DNA of 64,000 bases, taken from assembly GCA_030704615.1 (NCBI GenBank), contig CM060733.1, positions 35,030,001 to 35,094,000 of the forward strand, written 5' to 3'. This stretch comes from Takakia lepidozioides. Taxonomy: Eukaryota > Plantae > Bryophyta. Positions within the stretch are counted from its first letter, which is position 1. Each line of letters opens with the position of its first letter. Below, piece after piece: positions 37,898-47,579 of the stretch. The notes below the pieces were generated by a model, which worked only from the letters and a program-made list of their open reading frames with translations, had not been told where the DNA came from and made no database searches. A program made the position numbers and the translations under genes.

Positions 37898-40800
37898 TGT
37901 CATGGTTTTAGTCATGGTTATCTAGAATTACCTACTTCTAGTTAACTAGGGCATTTTAGATATTTATATTTATATTTTGTGTGTTGGGACTTCATTGGGT
38001 CTCACATGTCAAATGAGGTGTCGAGCCTCACTTGGGACATGGGGATAGGTTTTCTCCTTGTGAGGATGGAGGAGGCTCATCTTCTTGTAGTTGAGCCTCC
38101 ATGAGCCTCTCTCACCTCCATAGCTCTAGGTATTGAGATGAAGTGTGTTGAGGGCTTTGTAGGGTGGATTCCCTTAGCAAAGGGTGCCATTGGCTTGACT
38201 TAGTTTATGTGATAGAGTGGATTTCACTTGGAAGGACTAGGGCTTGTTCTTAGGGTGTTGCTTCATGCTTTAAGAACTTTCATTGTCTTCCACTTCTCTC
38301 ATTTCTCATCTCTTATCACTACAAGAAGATCACCTTATGTTTGTGAGTGTGGAGTGTAAGGATTAGTTTTGCACTTGTATTTTAAAGAGGTTGAGAGCTA
38401 GGAGAATTTAGTTCTTGTATCACAAGGCTTGCAAGGGGTTGCAAGGAAATGTGCTCGAGTGTTGCATGTACCAAGGAGTTGGAGAGCTTGAGAAGAAAGC
38501 TCTTGAGTCACAAGATTTTACAAGGATTGCAAGGAGGAAGTCTTGTGTGTATGGAAGCATGGATTCTAGGGTTTGAGAATCCTTTGTATGCATTATGGAG
38601 TCAATGGTGTGCGCCATGGCTTGTGGAGAGTGACTAAAGATTTGTTAGTGCTCATTTCACTATCAAGCTAGGGTTAAGCAAGTTCAAAGTATGGATGTTG
38701 TGGAAAAGAAGCCAAGGAGCTACATAGGCTTGGGCTTGAAGACAACAAGGGCAAAAACTTGGAGAGCACTAAGAAGCTCAAGAGGTTTTGAAAGGGAGCA
38801 TGTGAAGAAATCTTCCGATCATGGTGGTGTGGAGCCAAGCTTAGGGCGCCATTGGAAGGGCTTGAAGAACATATGGTGGGAAATCTTTGAAGGGAGATCA
38901 TCACTCAATGTATGCATAGCTTCACCCTCACTATGTAATGTGATAAGAGGGGGAGGCAATACTTGGCTATTCATGCTCTTGGTAGTGTGAGCTTTGTGGT
39001 GGATAGTTGACCAAGCAAGTTGTGCATGTGTGGAGCATGCTCTCTTGAGTTTGTAAGTTCAAGTTTGAGAATGAGAGCTCTTGAACTAGCAAGAGGTGAA
39101 GGCCTTGAGATCCATTTGTGTGTGAAGTGGAGAGGTGTTGATTCATGTTACAATGAAGGAGAGCAACACATAGGCCAAGAGGTCATGGAACATGCATTCA
39201 ATGACCAAGAGGAGCACATGGATGATGGATTAGTGCAAGACCCCAAAAGAGGCATATGGCGTAAGAGTGGGATCCAAGGTGGATTGCTTGGGAGCATTAT
39301 TGTAAGTGACAAGCATTGCTCCTACACATTGAGATAATTTGTGTTGATTTGGAGCAATTGTCAAATGATGAGGAGACAAATGCATCATTGCTCGGCAATG
39401 GAGATATGGTAGTTTGCAACCAAATCCCAAGGACTAGAAGGGGGATTGATTTGGTGGACAATGACTTGCAAGTTGAGTTGGACCACTCTTGGTTGCACAT
39501 TGGGGTGGAAGAGAGCAACCTAGAGACCATATTTTTGCTTGAGTAGAAGCATAGAAGTCAAGGACTTGCATTATAACTCTTCATTACAAACCCTAGTAGT
39601 GTATGCTCAGACTATACCTCTGTTAGTATACCAAACAGGAGCTTGTTCCTTTGACTATACCTCTGTTGAGGTATCACCATATGTGAACCCTAATGTGAGA
39701 CTATACCTTTGTTAATATACCAAACAAGAGCTTGTCCATTTTACTATACCTCTATTGAGGTATCACCATATGTGAACCATAATCAGCGCAGACTATACCT
39801 CTGTTAGTATACCAAACAAGAGCTTGTCCCTTTTACTATACCTCCGTTGAGGTATCACCATATATGGACCCTAATCAGCTTAGACTATACCTCTGTTAGT
39901 ATACCAAACATAACCCTCATTTTCAGACTATACCTCTGTAAAGGTATCATCAACATAAGGGACCCTAGCAACCTCAGACTATACCTCTGTTAAGGTATCA
40001 ACATTGAAAGGACTTAGTGAAATTTAAGGGCCTTTGCAGGATTGTTTGGAAGATATTTGAGGGCCCTTGGAGGAGTGTTTGGAGGATCTTTAGGGTCCTT
40101 GGAGGATTGTTTGGAGGATCTTTGCGGTCCTTGGAGGAGTATTGGAAGACCCTTTGAGGAGCTTTGGTGGACAATGTTGAAGAGCTCTAAAAAGATTAAT
40201 TGAGGATATTTGAAGGATACTTGCCACGGCCATACAAGCGAGTGGATAGAAACAGGAGGGAGAGTGGTGGGATGAGAGCATTCTGGGGTTAGGAATTGCT
40301 TTAGTTTCTCTTCTCCATAGTCTTTCACCATCTCTGTAGGCCAAAACCTTTCCGTAGGTGGAGGTGTCAGTCCAGGTTTGGGCTGGGGTGTCCTTGCAAG
40401 AACGACACTGTGGAGTGTTTTTGATATGAGGGAGTCGTTGTCTTGATTTTCTTGTGTTTGGATCCCTTCCACACCTGCATGCTTGACTGTGCGCCATGTT
40501 AGCTTTGTGTGGGCGCTTGTTTTCATAGGAGGTTGGTCCGGATTTGATCACCGGCCAATCCTAGAGTATGATGTCGATGGTGAGGCTGGAGTGATGACCA
40601 GCAAGATCACTAGTGTTTCTTCTATGGTGAGGCTGGGTTGATGACTAGCAGACCATAGGAGTGTTGCGGTGGATGCAGGTGCAGGTACAGGTGTCTATTA
40701 GAAACCTGTTTGAACCAGTAGCCGCAACAGGTTCTCTACCCGGTTACCTTGTAAAAAGTGGGGATTAGAGACAGGTTGACAACCGATTGGGTTGTGAGTT

Positions 40801-41504
40801 TTCATCACGGAGGTGCCACCAGTTGCTGAGGGGAGTGCTGGTACGAGCACCAATGATACTAGTGGGTACACAAAACGAGGTGTGCGGTTTAGGCCACCTT
40901 CACCTTCAGTGTCTTCTGAAGAAGGTTCAGACTCGGAGTTAGGAGGATTCTTGCCGAGGGTGCAAGTCATTTCCGTGCCATTGTTGTGGGACACGATGGA
41001 GGAGATGTATGGAGCTACCAAGGGGCCACGTAGGTACTCTGGAGCTGTGGGCACCATCGAGCTTGACTTCATACAAGAGTTTGACAGTTGGTGTAATTTG
41101 CAGCAAATGCGCAATCCACAACTGTTTACGCCCTTTTATGGCGTGGAAGGGGCTATTCCAGCACCTTGAGGGGCCGCCCATGGATGATTACCATGAATTT
41201 AGGCGGGGACATGCGGTGGAGATTGAGGAGTGGCGAGAGTATTGGTCACCTAACTATGTCTCCATCACTAGAGGCACAAGGGCAGCGGCGACACCAGTAG
41301 CTACACAAACATCTCCAACTGCAAGCACTAGTAGTGGGACAAGTGGTACAGGAGCTGGGAAATCCACTCAAGCTCCTGTTGTAGCACCAGCACCCGTGCC
41401 TGCCTTTAACCCAGTTGTGGAGTTCTTCGAGGAGTTGAGGAGAAACTATCAAGGGATAAAGACAGAGAAGTTGCAGAGCTTGCAAGAGTTCCAACGAAGG
41501 CCTG
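37898..41504 (+). mobile_element. Truncated gypsy-like element (long non-coding 5' region plus gag fragment) inserted into the outer integrase
   Basis: Starts TGTCATGG and is flanked by GTGTC (37893-37897) and GTATC (41505-41509). Gag-like pieces at 40813-41169 and 41009-41504 (YSG...DFIQEFDSWC...LFQHLEGPPMDDY...LQSLQEFQRRPG). It interrupts the integrase reading frame. Confidence 0.65.
39605..40005 (+). repeat. Tandem array of ~43-50 bp units (core gactatacctctgtt) with dimeric higher-order structure
   Basis: About nine copies of (g/t)actatacctc, alternately followed by gttagtataccaaaca and ttgaggtatcacca. Confidence 0.85.
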
Positions 41505-42649
41505 GTATCACAGCGGGGGATGGCGTTGCAACAAAACACCGCGGGCTCGGCGTCGCAGGCTCAGCGCCGCGCGGGCCGTGGAGGCGCGGCTGGCGTCGCA
41601 AACCTCCCTCATTTGCTGTAGTGTAACATGTTTCAGGTGGGACAGACCGTGTGCGTTCGATTATAGCATGACAAGCATGCATGCAAATCTAAGCTCAAGA
41701 TCGACGGTCCATACTTGATCCATCAAATTTTACGTGGGTGACGTGCTCTCCTTCTTCCACAAGGCTCTAATACTGAAGTGCGGGATGAACCTGTTTCCTT
41801 GACAGACTTGGTGCATTCCGAGCAAGTTTTTTATCTTACATGTATCAATGTGGAGGGGCGCACGGTGGGGTGATGTCTTGATCTTCTTAGCCGATCTATT
41901 TCAGCTTGATCCACTTCTCTTCTCAGCGGCTTAGTCTTAATTTGTGGATGATGACTCTTGGGGTCCTAGGACTTGACATCTCTAGGACTTAGAGCATTTT
42001 AGTTTCATGGCATATCACCATCTGTACTCCCTGCACGGTTTTCCTTGCCAAGGGTTTTGTTCTTGGCCCAACTTGCAAGTGTCAGGTTTTTCCTTGGTAG
42101 ATTTTTCACCCAACTGGAGGGTGATATTTTCCTATTATTTGTTTTCCTTCGCGGAGCTCAGATTTTTCGTGGGGGGTAGGCTTCACAGATGTAAAGCCCC
42201 ATATTTACTTAGCCTAGAAATGGTCCGTTTCATCCAAAACGGCGATACACATCCATAATATATTTTTTTGGCGTATAAAGCCGTTAAACCGTTACAATGA
42301 TATCTAGGTTAGGGTTAGTTTTTGCTGGTGGCTCGATCCTAGCCCTTCGTTAGATCTAGGGCTACAAGGCGGCGCCGTGGGCTTTGGCCTCGCCACGTGG
42401 TGGGCCACTGCGGCTAGGGCTTTTGTATAAAGACGGCGCCCTGACACAAGGTCAGGGCGGTGTACTTGGGTGTTAGTGTATATGTGATTTTGGTGTACAA
42501 GCTTTGGATGAGAGCTGCTTTGTGTCAGATCCGTGTGTTTGATCCTCCTCTCGCGCGTTGCTTGCTCTTTCCGCTCGCCCTTTTGTTGTGCAACCTTGCT
42601 TCTTGAGAGGAAATGAGTATATGCTTCAAGCTTGTTTTAAGGCTTCACA

Positions 42650-43900
42650 TGCATAGGGGGTAGTTTGAGGTTCTTTTTTAAGGATGTGGACGTCGTGGTT
42701 GTGTGCAGCTCCTCTGACACTTGCAATAATAATAGTTAGGGGAGGCGTGTTCCAACCGTGTTGGCCAAGGGCCTTTATAAGGGGTTCATATTTATCTCTT
42801 TTATATTGGATGGAATGATTGATGTAGGTATTGATCATGGCATAATGTGAATTCTATAATATAAATGACAAGGGATGGTAGAGGAGAGAGTATGTAAAGG
42901 AGGGTGAGGGCTACGCTCTAGATGGTTGTTTTTGCCACAACCTTACTTTGGTGGGCTCTGCAAGCATCGCCCCTTTGAAAATGTAAATTGGAACTTAGAC
43001 CATCTTTAAATGTTAAGTCAATTCATCATTTTTTTCCTATTATTTTTAACCAAAATTCATTTACCTCTACCTAATAAATTATTTACCTACCTATTTACAT
43101 CAAGACAACTGAACCTTACAAAAGTGAATCTACCTACCACATACATCCACACACCTCATATGGGAAAATTTTAATATACAATTATCAAATTTATAATGTT
43201 TTAGTATGAGAGAAGTTTTTTCCCAAGTTTTTGAAACTAAGCTTTATTGAGTTTGACCACATAAATGGACTAACGGGTTGATTTTTGATGCCTATGAAAG
43301 TGGCATATCCACATTTCTCAACTTGTTAGAGGGATCTCTTGAAGATTTGGAGGCCAAATTCCCAAACTTTCTAAATGCCCCTTTGTACATGAAGTGGGGG
43401 GTTCAAAAGACATGGATATGCTTGAGTCATGTCTTCTTATAAATGCATGTTGTGGGGTGTAGACAAAGGCTTTTGTTTTATACATGTTTGTGGGGTATAG
43501 TACATCAATGGGAAGGGGCAATTGCATGGGTAGTATCATTGTTCATGTGGTTTCAATTTTGTGGGGCGAAGTCTTGTCATGAATGGTGAGTATGTCATGA
43601 TCGTACTTCTGAAGGTCGGGGTATTTGGGGAAAGTCGGATGTTTGTATGGTTGTTGGTTTGGGGGGGATGGGGGACACTTTGGCGCAGACTTGTGTAGAT
43701 TAACGGGGATAATCCGTGATGCGTCCTTGGGTTTACAAGTCATGAAGCAGAGAGGGAGCGAGATAGAAAGGCATGTAGCAAGGTAGTAGTATAGGAGTTG
43801 GGAGTTGGGAGTTGGGGAATTGGGTCCCAAGAAGAAAAATTTACAAAGACGCAGGTGTGGAAGACCCCATGAATGGCTTACATAGGGTGCACGAAAATTA
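42650..43900 (-). mobile_element. Non-LTR retrotransposon relic with a restriction-like endonuclease C-terminus; continues at ~27960-28090 on the other side of the insertion
   Basis: Minus-strand IIEF...KRDKYEPLIKALGQHGW...IIIASVRGA. Removing 28091-42653 restores LKLPPMHTTPFLCTIHFMAMTSLASLILKKRK. An upstream YKTKAFVYT resembles the start of an RNase H domain. Confidence 0.6.
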
Positions 43901-44184
43901 GTTGACGTGGCCCAAAGGAAGTCGCCGGAATACTCTGCTGGTGTAGGTAATTCACATCTTGATGGCCCAAAACTTGCTGGTCTGACGTGGACCAAACTTT
44001 TTCCTTATTCCACCAATGGATTTTCCAGAAAATTGGGCATGCATGATATGTGGAGTGCACATGACATTGTTACTGCTGTGATTTCCAAGAAAAATAAAAA
44101 GTCTTGGATCTAAATTTTGTGTATGTTCATTTTTGAAGTTACCTCTTGATACTAAGGACAATAATAATGTGTGCATACCCTAGC

Positions 44185-44700
44185 CTATACCCTAGAGACC
44201 ACACACATGCAACTCCTCATTGAGTGCAAGATCTGATGCACCACACAATGGTTGGGTATGGAAATGGACTTCATCTCCAATGTGGTCAAACACCCTTCTG
44301 CTAGTTGGTTGGCCATGGCCAAGTTAAATTCCAAGTGGCTCATGGTTTCCTCCCCCGCATGTCTCATGTGAGATGAATGAACAATCCAGGAATTCACCAT
44401 AGATGTATCAAGCACGAAGAAGTACACACTGTGCCACCATTTGTGTGTTTTCCTCTACACATTATGAGCACCTCTCAATTGATCTTGCACATCTACACCT
44501 CGCATAAAACATTGGTAGTGACACGTGCATGGGAAGAAAGGAATCTGAACATGACAATTTCCCACAACCTCCTCACTGTCACAGGTAAGTTAGGCCCAAC
44601 AAGAGGCCTTGCAACACTTGACAGTAGATATACAATCTGTTTGTCAAACCATACCAATAGTGCAGCCAAATCTCTGTCAGCATGCATCTTTATCATGCAG
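44185..44700 (-). mobile_element. piggyBac-type transposase relic; a second piece lies on the + strand at ~47010-47100
   Basis: WFDKQIVYLLSS...MRGVDVQDQLR...KWWHSVYFFVLDTSMVNSWIV...HLEFNLAMANQL. The + strand piece reads GHVVVTDNYFTSPWL. Confidence 0.75.
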
Positions 44701-45300
44701 TCTCTCTGTTTCCACTTCTTACTTTTTTTTCAGCTTGGAATATAGTAAATGGTCGAGCACCGGCCGTAATAATTCTTAACTGGTCAAATTTCCACCCAGG
44801 TTGGCGAAAGGCGAGTATTAATGGGGTGTATTGTTTTTCTTTTGGAGTTGAGGGCTGGGCCAGGATAATCAAGTGTGGTAGAAAATACATTTTATGAAGT
44901 GAAGGGTAATATAAAAATAAAAATAAAAATAAAGAAAATGGTAATATCAGGATGAGAAACTTTAAGCCTTTATTGTTATTGATGTTTAGCTCGCTCTATT
45001 TTGTTGGGAGCATAATATAATATAAGAGTATATGTGACGCCTCCACCAGGCCGCTGTCTAATTCCCATTCCTATCTTGTTTTACCCACTTGTGCCGGCTA
45101 TCTGCGGGCCCATCCATGCATTAAAAGAATATGTAGAATGAAGCACAATATGAAATTGATGGGTAGCTTAGTGGTGGGGTACATTTAATGTACTAGAGAA
45201 CGGTCCGGGTTTGGCCAATTCTGCCTTGTAAGCGGCCTTTGGGCGAGCCATATGGCCGCGCACAGGGCAGAGTCGGACAAACACGGCCCGTTCACTGGCG

Positions 45301-45580
45301 TTAAAAGCAGGTGTGGCGTATTCTCGCCGCCACCTGGTGCAATATGATTGGGGGTCAAATTATCCCATATCGATTGCCCAGATTCAGGCCCTGAGAGGAT
45401 ATAAACGGGGCGAGCCACAAGGGAAGGCAGGCGAGATGATGGCTATTGGCTGATGACATGGGCCTAGTGGTTGCTCTGCCGTCCTCAGTGCATAATCGGC
45501 CATCCCTGTCAACCCTGGGTGGCCGATTCGGCCTGACAATCAGTCGAAAAAACGGCAGAATACGCCACACCTGCCTTTAA
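45301..45580. mobile_element. 272-bp MITE with ~24-bp TIRs and TTAA target duplication
   Basis: TTAA|aagcaggtgtggcgtattctcgccg ... cggcagaatacgccacacctgcct|TTAA. Confidence 0.75.
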
Positions 45581-45611
45581 CATTTAAAACGTGGTCTATT
45601 TTATTGGCTCT

Positions 45612-46037
45612 GTCCCGCAAGGGATAGAGGCATTGTGGAGACTTCTTGCCTAGGCGGAGAACGGAGAACTAGGCTTATCCATTAAGCCTAGAGAGAGATA
45701 GAGAGAGCCTAGTCATTCGAGGGTTGATGGGACCCGCAAGGGATAGATGCATTGTGGAGACATCTTTAGGGAGAGAACTCGGCTTATCCATTAAGCCTAG
45801 AGAGAGAGAGCCCCTAATCTTTAGAGGGTTCATGGGACCGCAAGGGATAGAGGCATTGTGGAGACTTCTTGCCTAGGCGGAGAACGGAGAACCAGGCTTA
45901 TCCATTAAGCCTAGAGAGAGAGAGCCTAGTCTTTAGAGGGTTGATGGGACCCGCAAGGGATAGAGGCATAGTGGATACATCTTTAGGGAGAGAACTAGGC
46001 TTATCCATTAAGCCTAGTCTATGGAGGGTTGATGGGA
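45612..46037 (+). repeat. Tandem minisatellite, four ~90-120 bp units in an ABAB pattern
   Basis: Each unit starts ccgcaagggatag and contains the hairpin (ct)aggcttatccattaagcctag. Confidence 0.9.
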
Positions 46038-47579
46038 ATGATTCATGAAGCCCTAGAAAAAGTATAAAACAACAACCACAAAATCACCAAAGGACATACC
46101 CTAAACTTGTGGCGGAGCCGCTTGTTTTAAAATAAAAAACGAGTGATTTGAGAACTCAACCAGTGGTTTTAGAGATGTTGGGAAGGGTGATGTATTTGTG
46201 GGGTATGAATGTAGAGAGGTCCCTGAAAAGTCAGAATTGCACAGATATGTAGTGACATAGGATTGAAAGGTGAAGGTGAGGAGTGCTTTATCTTACCTGA
46301 ATTTACACGTCATGGTTGTCAATGAGCTTGATTGGGTGGTAGGCACGAGCTATGATCAAAAGATGGTGCAGGGTCGAAAGAGAGTATCAGTGAGGATGTT
46401 GCTAGTCAATTTTGAACCCAGGGGTCTTATTCATATCCCTGCAATGCAATGTGAGGAAGTGGGTAGGCATGGTGAAGTGACGATGGCATGTCAGACAACA
46501 ACGATGGGGAGGAAGGATGTTATGACTCCGGGAAGACTGGGAAGTCATCCCCAATGGTCATGTGCATGTGGCTGAAGAGGTGTCACTTAGATTTGCAGAA
46601 CAATTTGTTGATGCCAACCGATAGTGCTCTGCTACAACATTCCAACACAGAGAGGGAGACATTTTGGGGTTCTGTGGGTGGGCATACTACTATCATCTGC
46701 TTACCACAGTTCTATTATCCATTACTTCCACTTATTTTGGCACCCAGGTCTAGCTCGCATTTGTCATGAGACAAATATTTATCCCAATTCGCTAACGCCC
46801 CGAGAATGCTCCTATATGCAAGATTTCATGGGGTACAAGAAGGTACAAAGGGAAGGGGGGTGTTGGATGGTATAACCTTACTCGGTCAGAGTTGAGGGCT
46901 TGGATTGGTATTTGCAATTCATGGGGCTCAAAAAACTTCCCAAGAGGAGATGCTACTAGCAACCAAGTGAAGTCTTGTTTCGATGTCTTGTGATTCGGAA
47001 AAAAAGAGTTGAGACCGGTGTGGGTCATGTGGTTGTGACTGACAACTACTTCACTTCACCTTGGTTGTTGCACGATATGCATGTCGTTCTTAGCACATGG
47101 GGGACCTGTTAAAGATGTACCAACTTGACCGGATGAACTACATCCTATTTACATATTTCATCTAAAAATATGGATGGAATATTCAATCTACACATGTCTT
47201 GATTTAATTGAGGGTGGGAGATTCTAGAATCAGTTACCTGAAGAAGGCAGGGCCAAGTAAATCCCTCAAATTATTGTGGAGAATTACCCACCTAATCGGA
47301 GATTACAGCCCTCTGCCCAAGGTCGCAGACGTGTAATGTGTAATCTGAGGGGGACAATTCCGGTCAGGGAAGCCCTGATATTAGCAAACCGAAAATTAGG
47401 TTAGGTTATTACGTACTATGGAATGGGCCCCCGGCTCGCCACTGCCAACTTACCCGCCATAATGGCATGTGAGGGGGCATTCCGGGTAGGGAAAGGGAAG
47501 AGGAAGCGCTTGTGTGAGAGGGAGTAGCTTTGGTGCGTGGAAGGCAGGGCAGTGCAACAGAGAGAGGCAGTGGGAGACG

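Larger units (their letters stand above)
35620..41875 (+). pseudogene. Degenerate ORF of the outer element: uncharacterised N-terminal region plus gypsy/Ginger-type DDE integrase (split by the insertion at 37898-41504)
   Basis: ORF pieces 35696-36361, 36426-36731, 36728-36952 and 36962-37843 (H..HLGIKKT..C, GIDLVGP, DYLTKWVE, MDQGKEF, PQINGLTERFN, FELLYGR). The frame resumes after the insertion at ~41510 with FQVGQTVCVR...KLKIDGPYLI (GPY module). No RT, RNase H, protease or zinc knuckle recognised. Confidence 0.82.
28091..42649 (+). mobile_element. Integrase-encoding element with permuted (split) long direct repeats, TG...CA short TIRs and a 4-bp TSD; contains two nested insertions
   Basis: A1 28091-28549 is ~95% identical to A2 42190-42639 (manual count ~22 substitutions plus a 9-bp indel). 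B (aggcttcaca) occurs at 42178-42187 and 42640-42649. PBS-like TGGTGGAGA at 28550; PPT-like GGGGGG at 42171-42176; TGCA at 28087-28090 and 42650-42653. Confidence 0.88.

Noticed and set aside
39605-40005. CRISPR-like regularly spaced repeats (also at 10.3-13.0 kb and 45.6-46.0 kb)
   Set aside because: The intervening sequences are themselves repeated, there are no cas genes, and the context is eukaryotic transposon DNA.
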